Source: Prevotella sp.
Lineage (GTDB): Bacteria; Bacteroidota; Bacteroidia; Bacteroidales; Bacteroidaceae
Length of the DNA: 64,000 bases
Assembly (NCBI GenBank): GCA_022511075.1
Contig: JAFLSE010000004.1
Location: 38,187 to 102,186, forward strand
Direction of reading: 5' to 3'
Shown here: piece by piece, positions 20,533 through 30,027 of the stretch
How the letters are laid out: every line of letters begins with the position of its first letter
How positions within the stretch are numbered: position 1 is the first letter of the stretch
The notes under the pieces: generated by a model
The model's input: only the letters and a program-made list of their open reading frames with translations
Told to the model about the DNA's origin: nothing
Database searches by the model: none
Translations under genes and position numbers: made by a program

Positions 20533-21843
20533 TTATTTCACGATGAACTTCTTGCCGTTCTTGATAGCGATGCCCTTAAAGTCATTGCTTACACGCTGAC
20601 CTGCGAGGTTGTATATAGCACCGTCTTTATTTGTTTCAGCTGTCACACCCTTAATGCCAGATTCATTGTCACCAAATGCAGGCTCATAAAGGATATTGAT
20701 ATTTAAATCTATGATGTTCCAAATACCTTGAATACCATCCTCTGAATAATTATAAATCAAATCTCCATAAGAAATATCATCTGTGTCAGTAATGGTTGTT
20801 GTTCCATCAGAATTGTCTGTAATCTTAAATGGAATTGTTCTGTATAGATTTACATAACCTTCCTGTTCAGACTCGCCTACACCATAGTTGATAAACGCAC
20901 CAACCAATTCATCACCAGATTTGGTAGAAAATCTATAAGGTCCACCTGTGTACTGGAAGGCATCAACAGAGGCTTTTGATAGGTCGTCTTCGTCAAGAAT
21001 ATATTCTATCCATGCAGGTTCCTCTGCTCCATTAGCACCCTTGATAAAATACGAGTCACTGGTCAACAAAATCTGACAATCACCAGCAACATCTTGTCCT
21101 TCATACCAACTTGCACCTGTAAAAGTACCTTTAGAAATATATTTATTAAAAGTCTCCTGAGGCTCCAAATCAAGTTCCAAAGCAACATAATGGTCTCCAA
21201 ACACCTCAGTATCAGCATTATTAGCATAGAACAATGCTAAAGGATCTGGAATATACAATTCGTCATTCTCTGCAAAATAGTATGCATAGAATGTTTTCTC
21301 ACCAGAACGGCTAACAGTATAGGTTGTGTAGTCAAAGATACCTGGTTCAAGGCTTAAGTCTTCACCTGTAGATGATGTTGCAATTACATCACTGGTAAAT
21401 TTATACACGACAGAACCATATTGTTCATATGGATTATCAGCCGTTTCATCCATAACACCTTCTACATAGCCCAAGTCTGCAAATGGTGCCAAATATGCCT
21501 TTTCACCATCAACAAGGAAACTGGCACCGTCATACATATTGTATTGAAGGGCTCCACCTAATATATCTGCACTATAATAATATGCATATAAAGAATAAGC
21601 AGGAATAAGTTCAACCTCAGCAACAGCTTGAGCTTGAGCAACTTTGGGTGTTTTCAGTTCTGCATCAGGATTAAACACAGTCATTGCTGCAGCTTTTGCC
21701 TCAATGCTTTTGAAAGCTCCAAGAGGTGCAATGTAAGTTTTCCTTTCTTTAGCAAATCTTGCCTTCTTAACCTGAGAGCGGTTCACAGCCGAAGCACCGA
21801 GAGTTACCAGTGCAATAGCGGCTACAAGTAAAATTCTTTTCAT
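20533..21843 (-). CDS. Secreted acidic protein of unknown function with Prevotella-type C-terminal (T9SS-like) sorting tail
   Basis: Signal peptide; C-terminus GIKGV...IYNLAGQRV...IKNGKKFIVK. Confidence 0.7.
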   Translation of the reverse strand: MKRILLVAAIALVTLGASAVNRSQVKKARFAKERKTYIAPLGAFKSIEAKAAAMTVFNPDAELKTPKVAQAQAVAEVELIPAYSLYAYYYSADILGGALQYNMYDGASFLVDGEKAYLAPFADLGYVEGVMDETADNPYEQYGSVVYKFTSDVIATSSTGEDLSLEPGIFDYTTYTVSRSGEKTFYAYYFAENDELYIPDPLALFYANNADTEVFGDHYVALELDLEPQETFNKYISKGTFTGASWYEGQDVAGDCQILLTSDSYFIKGANGAEEPAWIEYILDEDDLSKASVDAFQYTGGPYRFSTKSGDELVGAFINYGVGESEQEGYVNLYRTIPFKITDNSDGTTTITDTDDISYGDLIYNYSEDGIQGIWNIIDLNINILYEPAFGDNESGIKGVTAETNKDGAIYNLAGQRVSNDFKGIAIKNGKKFIVK

Positions 21844-21894
21844 AATTGTTACTGTTTTGTTGTTAAAATATTGAGTTAATTATAAATGATTCTA

Positions 21895-23286
21895 TTAATC
21901 CGTTATTTTCTTTAGTCTCAGTCTGATAGTGTTTCCTCCACCTGCTGGCACCAGTTCCGCTACAGTTGGGCGGAAATAGTCGTTCGGCTTAATGGCGTAA
22001 GAGCCATAGAGGGTCTTGGCAAACTGGTCACACAGGCTCTTCAGTTCAGTAGTACCAAATAATGACTCCATATCTGTGGTAATGTTTGTTTCAGAAGCTG
22101 CAGATATCTGCATCTGCCCGAATCCTGTCTTTCCAAAATACATGTATACGTATGGAGTGTATGTAGGTCTTCCTCCCATTCCTCTGGGAGCACCATGAAC
22201 ATAAGCTACAAGTCCAGGACATTTCTTTTGGCTGCCGTCAGAAAGAGTCTCTGTCTTGATGCCGATTGCAAGACTGTCCAAGCCAAATTCGCTGTTGGCT
22301 TTCAACACCTCTGCCTCCATCTTGGCATAGAGTTCTTTCTGTTCCGCCGTAAATGCATCAGGGTCTAACCCCCAATTTGAAGAACACTCCAAAATGTAGT
22401 TGTCCCAGCAAGGAATTACTTGAGTGTTTCCGTCTTCAGAGAGCAACTTGCTCTTTTCAGCATCAATGGTAAACTCTTGGAAAGTATTATCGCCAAAACT
22501 ATTCTCTCTTTCAAGACGGAAGCCTTGCGGAGTGAACACGCATGCCAGCGACTTGACGCTCAATGGGTCATTTACACGTTCACAGAAGTTAAAGCGTCCA
22601 TTGCGCAAATCAACGAAATATAGGGTATCGGCAGCTTCGTTAACAACGTAATAGGAATTGACGTTACCGCAAGTAATACTCTTCTTCATCGTCTCAGTGT
22701 CAGCAATGTAATCCTGCCACGGACGGTCGCAAGGCACAAAGCGTGTCTGTGCAGAATGACGCTCGCCACGGAAAATGATATCCTCATCGTTGAGTGCTTT
22801 CAGTACCAAGTTGTGGTCACCATTCATACCCTCGCCGTCATTTATCAATCTACTTGGGGCACTTGTCGGGTCAACAGGGTCTTCAAACACTGTGAGAACA
22901 TCATTCCAAGTGTTGAACGACAAAACGGGACCTTCCTCAGCCAGCATCTCGTATGTACTGTTAGCTTCGGTGTACTTATTGGCATTGCCATTACGCAAAT
23001 ATTGGTGATTACTTGCCAACGTTACGCGACCGCTGTCATAGAACTTTCCAAAGAGGTTAAAGCCTGGACCGTTCCATTCGTCAGTACCAGCCACGAAGTA
23101 CTGGATAACCCAGCCGTACTGTCCCTCGACACTTTGCTCCACCAATCGTTGCTGTATTTTCTCATTGGTATGAGTAACGCGCAACGATGCACTATCCTCG
23201 AAAAAATCCTCCTGCTCAAACGTACATGAAACTGTAGTGGCTGCCAAGGCGATGAGCAATGTACGGGAAATAGTTTTATATATCAT
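21895..23286 (-). CDS. DUF4302-family lipoprotein
   Basis: Lipobox TVSC followed by EDFFEDSASLRV; usual position after the Zn metallohydrolase. Confidence 0.7.
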   Translation of the reverse strand: MIYKTISRTLLIALAATTVSCTFEQEDFFEDSASLRVTHTNEKIQQRLVEQSVEGQYGWVIQYFVAGTDEWNGPGFNLFGKFYDSGRVTLASNHQYLRNGNANKYTEANSTYEMLAEEGPVLSFNTWNDVLTVFEDPVDPTSAPSRLINDGEGMNGDHNLVLKALNDEDIIFRGERHSAQTRFVPCDRPWQDYIADTETMKKSITCGNVNSYYVVNEAADTLYFVDLRNGRFNFCERVNDPLSVKSLACVFTPQGFRLERENSFGDNTFQEFTIDAEKSKLLSEDGNTQVIPCWDNYILECSSNWGLDPDAFTAEQKELYAKMEAEVLKANSEFGLDSLAIGIKTETLSDGSQKKCPGLVAYVHGAPRGMGGRPTYTPYVYMYFGKTGFGQMQISAASETNITTDMESLFGTTELKSLCDQFAKTLYGSYAIKPNDYFRPTVAELVPAGGGNTIRLRLKKITD

Positions 23287-23306
23287 AGTCTTGTATTCCT
23301 TTCTGT

Positions 23307-24542
23307 TTATTGATAATCATATATGGTAACATTCTCACGCACAAAGTCGTTCACCTTGTCTTGGCGCTCACGCACCTCGCGGCGAATCTGGTAGAGATAA
23401 AGCCCCCAGTTATCAGTGTACCATTTTGTGGCAATGTCTATCTTCTTCAATATAGCGTTAATACCACCATTATTTTCAGAATAGTCTATTTCTACCCATT
23501 TATCGAGGAAATCGCGGAAAGAGGTAAATTTAGCCTCCTCCACAAAATTGAGGGCAACTTCCGATTGTTGTTTTGCATCAGCTTGATGGAAACTCGGCAC
23601 AAAGCGACCTGTATCTTCATACTTACCAGTTTCCTCGTTTCGCGCTTGCTCTTTGTATATGGTAAATTTGTTCCATATCTTTCCAGGCTCGTCAAGCCCC
23701 TTTATCTCCAAAGAGTCGATGAGTGTGTAAATACGTTCCTTGTCTCCATCCTTCACACCACCATTTACACATGCGTCGATGATGGTTGTCATCCAGCGGT
23801 AGTCTGTATCAGTAATGGTGCAAGAGAGAGTCTCCACAAAATCCTCATAGCTGGCAGACGAACCATACTGAGTGAGATAACCGAGGCGATGGCTCTCCAC
23901 AGAGTCACGCTCCTGCCATGAACGTGGGTCGTATGTACCAGGCGTAACCTGTCCGTATGTCACAGGATAGGATTTAGTCTGGTGCATGATGTGCGAAAAC
24001 TCATGATGCATAGTATGGAACTGGTCTTTGTTCAACAAGTCCATATCTGCAGGAGTATATTGGTTGTCCTCTTTCCACATCTTCATATTGTTCACGTTGA
24101 TAAGAGTGATTTTTACACCAGCGGATGCATATCCCAAAGTCTCAGTACCCGTGGTAGGAGAATAGGCAGCAGAGCCAATATAGTGGAAGATGCGCGGTCC
24201 GTACTGTTTCATAAAGTCCTCGCCTCCATACTTGGTGTATACATCATAGAACAAATACTTTATGAAGTGTGTAAGCAACTGTGCCTTATTGTAGTCTGCC
24301 GGTGCCAGCTGGAACGACATATTCGAGGCAGGATAGTTTAGTTTATACTGAATCTCTGTGTTGTAAGGCACCACGAAATTATCGTAGAGCCACTGGTCGA
24401 ACGGTGCGGTGGCGGCATCTTTGTCTACCGCTCCCATATTGGTGTCGAAGATTGACTCAGTAAAGTCATCGTCGTTGCCGCACGATGCAACAGCCAAGCC
24501 GATGGCCGCTGCCATAAATATGTTGAATATTCTTTTCATCAT
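23307..24542 (-). CDS. Substrate-import-associated zinc metallopeptidase lipoprotein
   Basis: Lipobox VASC, HHEFSH zincin motif, EDFVE. Confidence 0.8.
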   Translation of the reverse strand: MMKRIFNIFMAAAIGLAVASCGNDDDFTESIFDTNMGAVDKDAATAPFDQWLYDNFVVPYNTEIQYKLNYPASNMSFQLAPADYNKAQLLTHFIKYLFYDVYTKYGGEDFMKQYGPRIFHYIGSAAYSPTTGTETLGYASAGVKITLINVNNMKMWKEDNQYTPADMDLLNKDQFHTMHHEFSHIMHQTKSYPVTYGQVTPGTYDPRSWQERDSVESHRLGYLTQYGSSASYEDFVETLSCTITDTDYRWMTTIIDACVNGGVKDGDKERIYTLIDSLEIKGLDEPGKIWNKFTIYKEQARNEETGKYEDTGRFVPSFHQADAKQQSEVALNFVEEAKFTSFRDFLDKWVEIDYSENNGGINAILKKIDIATKWYTDNWGLYLYQIRREVRERQDKVNDFVRENVTIYDYQ

Positions 24543-24552
24543 CTATACCTCC

Positions 24553-26289
24553 TTATTTGGTTTGAAGCTGTTCGTAATCTCCCTTGTTAGGTGCCGACAC
24601 TTGGTGTCCGCCTCCTGTCTGCATACCTAAAGAACCGTGGTCGCGGTTAGCAGGATAGCCAGCCTCTATGACATTGTTTGGCAACTGCAGTACACGGCGT
24701 GGATCGTCCCATTTGAGGCAGTCGGTATGTATTGCATCCTCCTGCGGACCGCGATAGTGGTGGTAAACGGTGATACCGTAGCGCTTGATGTCGAACCAGC
24801 GCATACCTTCGAACATTGTTTCCACACGACGGAAGTGCAGTATACAGTCAAGTACGCTGAGATCGTCGCCCTCCAAAATCTTCTCAAATCCCATTTCCTG
24901 TGGATGCAGATCGCTCACAAACTCGTTATTAGCGTTAGTACGCTTGTACTTGTTTTGTATGCCGCTAAGTGTAAGCGGACTTGTCACGAGATGTGACGAT
25001 GTCCAGAAACCCAAGTCCTGAATAGCACCGTCACGGTCGCCCTTGTACAGCTTAGCCTCGGCACGGCAGAGCAAAGTCTCTTCTGCTGTAAACGGCTGAT
25101 AAAGCATGTGTACATAACCAATACCAGCAATTTTGTCAGTATATTCAAAATACTCATAAACGCGGAAGAGCCATACACCATACTCCTGTCCGCCAAAAAT
25201 GAAGAGGTTACCATCGTATGCTGGCAGATAACCAGACCAGTTGGGACCACCACCCGAAATGAGGATTTTGAGAGTGGAAGGAACCGTCCATGTCTCGCCG
25301 TTATAAGTGAACGTCGTGCCGTCGTTGATAGCATATCGGCAAGCCGAAAGCATACGGTCTTGCAGCGAATATGTTGACTGTATAAGGAAATTGCAAGGTG
25401 CTGTCTCATCATTATAGTCGTTGAGACGTGAATCCATTGTGTTCTGGTTTATAGCACCCCACTTGCGCAACATAGACGACGGGTTGGAACCCAACGCCTC
25501 TGTGGCATACTGGATACACTTGTCGTAATTGCGCTTGAAAAGATAGAAGCGAGCCGCAAACGCATTAGCAGCATTGTGGTTGAAGTGATAGGCAGGCACC
25601 TTGTATTTCGAGTCGTCAATAAGGTTAATGCCTTCCAAGAGGTCTTTTTCTATAAGGTCGTAGGTTTCCTTCACATTATGCAGGAACTCAGAAGTACTAT
25701 AGTCAACCTGCACGGTAGTCTCAGGAATCGTTACATAAGGAATACCCTTGTCCTCAAGACTCCTCACATCGTCTTTATAAGCCTCAGCAAAAACATTTAC
25801 AAGCACAAAATGCAGATAGGCACGCAACACGTGAGCCTCGCCCCATGAGTGAGCCAAATCAAGGTCGTGTGCCGGGTCGGCACTCATCTCTTCCATGGCA
25901 GCTATGGCATGGTTACAAACCGAGATACCAGCATAGTAAGCCTCCCACACTTGATATGGTGTATCATCGGCATTTATTGAATAATTGTTTATGTCCGCCC
26001 AGCGATATGCCTCATCGTGAAATTTCTCGTAGGCATCATTGTGCGTTGCAGGCACTACCACGTTGTCGTCTACATAGTTGTCGCCCGAAAGTTCGCAAAT
26101 AACGGCAGGTGTAGACACCGGGTACGCCGATGTAAGAAGCGAGCGCACTTTCTCGGGGCTGTCTATTTCGGTACGATTGTCGGGCACTTCGTCCAACTTG
26201 TCCGTACAAGCTATAAAGGCTAATGAGCAACAACCGGCAAATAAGCTGAATGCAATGCTGTATATTTTGTTATGCTTCATAATATTCAT
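24553..26289 (-). CDS. RagB/SusD-family outer membrane lipoprotein
   Basis: Lipobox FIAC, GEAHVLRAY, EETLLCRAEA, RRVETMFEGMRWFDIKR. Confidence 0.92.
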   Translation of the reverse strand: MNIMKHNKIYSIAFSLFAGCCSLAFIACTDKLDEVPDNRTEIDSPEKVRSLLTSAYPVSTPAVICELSGDNYVDDNVVVPATHNDAYEKFHDEAYRWADINNYSINADDTPYQVWEAYYAGISVCNHAIAAMEEMSADPAHDLDLAHSWGEAHVLRAYLHFVLVNVFAEAYKDDVRSLEDKGIPYVTIPETTVQVDYSTSEFLHNVKETYDLIEKDLLEGINLIDDSKYKVPAYHFNHNAANAFAARFYLFKRNYDKCIQYATEALGSNPSSMLRKWGAINQNTMDSRLNDYNDETAPCNFLIQSTYSLQDRMLSACRYAINDGTTFTYNGETWTVPSTLKILISGGGPNWSGYLPAYDGNLFIFGGQEYGVWLFRVYEYFEYTDKIAGIGYVHMLYQPFTAEETLLCRAEAKLYKGDRDGAIQDLGFWTSSHLVTSPLTLSGIQNKYKRTNANNEFVSDLHPQEMGFEKILEGDDLSVLDCILHFRRVETMFEGMRWFDIKRYGITVYHHYRGPQEDAIHTDCLKWDDPRRVLQLPNNVIEAGYPANRDHGSLGMQTGGGHQVSAPNKGDYEQLQTK

Positions 26290-26315
26290 TCTTTTTTGTT
26301 TTTGTATTCAAACTA

Positions 26316-29300
26316 TTAAAACGACAGGCGCAAAGTTGCGGTAAACTGCTTGGAAATTGGCGAAGCCACACCACCGGAGTTGATAAACTCTGGGTCCTGT
26401 CCGTTGAGCTTCTTGTCTGCATATAACAGACAGAGGTTTGTAGCAGCCAATTTTAGCGACACGTTGCTCAAGAAACCTGTGCGAGCCACAAGCTCTTGCG
26501 GCATGGTATAGGTAAGCGCAAGCTCTTTGAGGCGCACGAAATTGCCGTTGGCAATACGTGCCGTAGAATAGTTGTAGGCGTTGTATGCCGTAGAAAGCGA
26601 CGTTGAGCCAAAGCGGTCGAGCTGGTTGAGCGAAGCAATCACAGGCACATTTGTAATAAGTTCATCACCAGGAATCATCCAACGGTTCTTAAACTCGCGC
26701 GGCAGAGCCGACAAGTCAGAATAAGATGAACGGAACACTGGGTCGAGACGTACTACGTTACCACCCGAATATGTAATGAACACATCGAGATTCAGCTTAC
26801 CAATCTTGTTGATAGTATATTGAAATGAGTTGTTGAACGAACCATACCATGTTGGATCTGTAGGACCTTCGTACACAAGGAAATCTGACAGATTCTCTGT
26901 TTCCTGGAAGTTTACATCACCCACGGTCTCTTCGCCACTTTCATTGATTACCATTGGCAAACCCTCGCTGTTAAGTCCGGCAAACTGATAGCTGAAAAGC
27001 GCACGCACAGGATAGCCCTCCACACCATAACCGGCACCAGTAACCAAGTCTACAGCACGACCGTCAGTCTTCAGGTTGGTAATTTCGTTCTTAGACTTTG
27101 AGAATATGAAATCGCTCGTCCAACGGAAAGTTGGATTAGTGATATTAACTGTAGAGAGACCAAGTTCGACACCACTCGACTTCATATCAGCCACGTTGGC
27201 ATACTTTGAGATTGTACCACCAGCACCCTGAGTGAATGCCTGGCCAATAAGGTCGAAGTTATTACGCCAGTACACATCAGCGGTAAGTGCTATACGGTTG
27301 TCTAAAAAGCCCAAATCAACACCAAAGTTCCACTCATGCTTCTTCTCGTATGTAAGCTCGGTGTTAGCTATTTGGTAGATGTAAATCTCAGACTCTGCAG
27401 CAGATGTCGTAGGACGCCACTTGTTTTGTGTCATATAGATGGCTGTGGCGTTAGTAACCCATGAAGGACCTGTATCTGCCGTGAGCGAATAGCTGCCACG
27501 GAACTTCAATTGCGACAGCCAGTTGGCAACCCCTTCCATAAAAGGCTCGCTGCCCATATCATAGCTTGCAGAAACGTTCCATGTAGGAAGCCAACGAGAA
27601 GAATTAGCCTTGCCCAAACGGTTTGAGCCTTCATAGCGCATTGTACCGTTGATGGTGTAACGCTGCTTGTAGCTGTATACAGCCTGTCCATAGAAAGCAA
27701 GGGTGTTAGTCTGCGTAAAGCTCTCGCTAAAATATTCTGTATTCTCCTCGTTCATCTGCTTCAGCCAGAGATAAGGAGTATAAGTAATACCACCATTGTT
27801 GTATTGATAACCCCATCCTGTCCACATATTTGCCGTACGACGTACAGTAGAAAGTTCCGTACCTGCCATAAGGTTCACAACGTGAATATCTTTATATACA
27901 TCGCGATACTCTGCTATGGCACGATAGTAGTTTGAACGCATCACGTCATCATACTGATACTTGATACCACCCACTGGCAACACTGTTTCCGGCAATGCCA
28001 AATCGTTGTCAGGGTCTGTATAGAGCAAAGAGTTTGAGTCGCGAATCGTAGAGTTGTCATCGGTAGCGTCCACACCCGCACGATAGGCATTAGCCTGATT
28101 TGCATCGTCCATAACATTATGAACACGGCGTGTACGCGACATACGTGTAGAGATAAGACCAGTAATAGAAACTGTCTTTATAGGCTTGTATTCCAATTCA
28201 CCACGGAACATAAGCTCGTTCACATCGATGTCGTTATAGTTATAGTTCAACTCATCGAAGATGTTGAAAGCTGTATAGAAACGCGTATAACTAATGTTAG
28301 GGTCAAGACAGCGGCTGGTGTTCATCGCGTAGCTGAACGGGTTGATATCGAAGTCGCGCTTAACCTCACCTGTAACAACATCGGTTGTCTGATTGAGCGA
28401 ACCAGGAGCCTCTTGGTCGCGGTGACTACCCTGTGCTGCCAATTTTACTGTCAGGTTTTTCAAAATGTCATAAGACGTATTGGCATTGAAAGTGTAGCGG
28501 TTAACCTTATTTCGGTTTACGAAATAACCTGGGTCGTTCATGAGCGACATAGAGAGATATGTCTGCGACTTTTCCGTACCGTTGGAAATACTTACTGAAT
28601 GGTTTTGCGTAACGGAATTGGAGAAGAGCAGGTCAAACCAGTCTGTGTTACGGAACTCGGCAGCCTGCAAATAGGCATTGCGTGCAGCCTCCGTGTTTTC
28701 CAATCCATACTGTCCTGTGGTAGGATCGTATTTGCGCAGCTGCTGGAACATATATCCATATACACCTGAATTTTGTGCATTTGCCAAATTCTCAAGCTGC
28801 AACCATCCTTTATCTGCCATTTCCTTGTATACACCCATCATTTCCTGAGAGTTCATGATGTTGAAGTCGCGATAACTTGGCTTCATACGTGTTGAGAATT
28901 CTCCTGTATAGCTAACCACAGCGCGTCCCTTAGCACCGCGCTTTGTAGTGATTACAATCACACCCGCCATCGCGCGCGCACCATATATAGATGTGGCAGA
29001 GCCGTCCTTCAGAATAGTGAACGACTCAATGTCATCCGAGTTGAGACCTGCAACCGCACTGGAAATCAAGGTCTTTGCATCGCCCGAAGATAATTCGTCT
29101 GCCGAAACATCTACATTATCTTCATAAATAACACCGTCGATAACCCAAAGAGGCTTTGAGTTACCGTATATTGAGGTTGCACCACGCACACGGATTTTCG
29201 GAGAAGCACCGAAAGTACCGCTAACGTTAGTTACCTGCACACCAGCTACACGCCCTTCGAGCGAACGGCTCACGTCTGCCATACCTGAAAGCTTTGCCTT

Positions 29301-29672
29301 GTCGGCATCAATCTTTGACGAGGCACCCGTAAACATGCGCTTGTCTTGTTTAACAATACCTGTAACTACGACATCATCTATAACACGCGCATCAGTCTGC
29401 AAAGTCACTTTCATGCCGTCTTTTGCAGTAACGACTTGTGTCACCATTCCGATATAACTGATTTGCAACTTCTTGCCCTTAGGCACTGTAATGGTAAACT
29501 TACCATCGATGTCGGTTTTCGTTCCTGTTTTGGAGCCTTGAACCATTACCGTGGCACCAATACATGGATCGCCGGTGTCTTCATACACCGTACCGGTAAC
29601 TTTGGTCTGCGCTATCATTGTCCCCACGCAGAGGAACAGGCCAACCAAAAGCATTGTGAATTTTTGTCTCAT
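26316..29672 (-). CDS. SusC/RagA-family TonB-dependent transporter
   Basis: IRVRG, PLWVIDG, LKDGSATSIYGARAMAGVIVITTK, C-terminal F; start moved to MRQKF (29672). Confidence 0.95.
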   Translation of the reverse strand: MRQKFTMLLVGLFLCVGTMIAQTKVTGTVYEDTGDPCIGATVMVQGSKTGTKTDIDGKFTITVPKGKKLQISYIGMVTQVVTAKDGMKVTLQTDARVIDDVVVTGIVKQDKRMFTGASSKIDADKAKLSGMADVSRSLEGRVAGVQVTNVSGTFGASPKIRVRGATSIYGNSKPLWVIDGVIYEDNVDVSADELSSGDAKTLISSAVAGLNSDDIESFTILKDGSATSIYGARAMAGVIVITTKRGAKGRAVVSYTGEFSTRMKPSYRDFNIMNSQEMMGVYKEMADKGWLQLENLANAQNSGVYGYMFQQLRKYDPTTGQYGLENTEAARNAYLQAAEFRNTDWFDLLFSNSVTQNHSVSISNGTEKSQTYLSMSLMNDPGYFVNRNKVNRYTFNANTSYDILKNLTVKLAAQGSHRDQEAPGSLNQTTDVVTGEVKRDFDINPFSYAMNTSRCLDPNISYTRFYTAFNIFDELNYNYNDIDVNELMFRGELEYKPIKTVSITGLISTRMSRTRRVHNVMDDANQANAYRAGVDATDDNSTIRDSNSLLYTDPDNDLALPETVLPVGGIKYQYDDVMRSNYYRAIAEYRDVYKDIHVVNLMAGTELSTVRRTANMWTGWGYQYNNGGITYTPYLWLKQMNEENTEYFSESFTQTNTLAFYGQAVYSYKQRYTINGTMRYEGSNRLGKANSSRWLPTWNVSASYDMGSEPFMEGVANWLSQLKFRGSYSLTADTGPSWVTNATAIYMTQNKWRPTTSAAESEIYIYQIANTELTYEKKHEWNFGVDLGFLDNRIALTADVYWRNNFDLIGQAFTQGAGGTISKYANVADMKSSGVELGLSTVNITNPTFRWTSDFIFSKSKNEITNLKTDGRAVDLVTGAGYGVEGYPVRALFSYQFAGLNSEGLPMVINESGEETVGDVNFQETENLSDFLVYEGPTDPTWYGSFNNSFQYTINKIGKLNLDVFITYSGGNVVRLDPVFRSSYSDLSALPREFKNRWMIPGDELITNVPVIASLNQLDRFGSTSLSTAYNAYNYSTARIANGNFVRLKELALTYTMPQELVARTGFLSNVSLKLAATNLCLLYADKKLNGQDPEFINSGGVASPISKQFTATLRLSF

Positions 29673-30027
29673 TTTCTCTATATTGTTTTTTATTCTTGTT
29701 ATCCTTTTCATGCGCCACAATACGAGACACATCAAAATAGAAGATATTCGGGTGCAAAATTAATAATAATTTTTCTTACCACAAATTATTTTTAGCAAAA
29801 AAACACATTTTATGGCTTATTTTTTACATATTCCCATCTATTCACCTTGTTTTTCAATAAAAACAATTTAAAAAGACAAAAATTGCCATCAGAATGTAAG
29901 CACTCGGCGTTCTTGTTAATTTATGCAAAAGAAACAGTCATTGTTAAAAGTTTTTGGACTGCTTTTATTTTTTTTTAGTAACTTTGCAGACTGAAATATA
30001 CACATATATAATAAAACATAAGAATAT

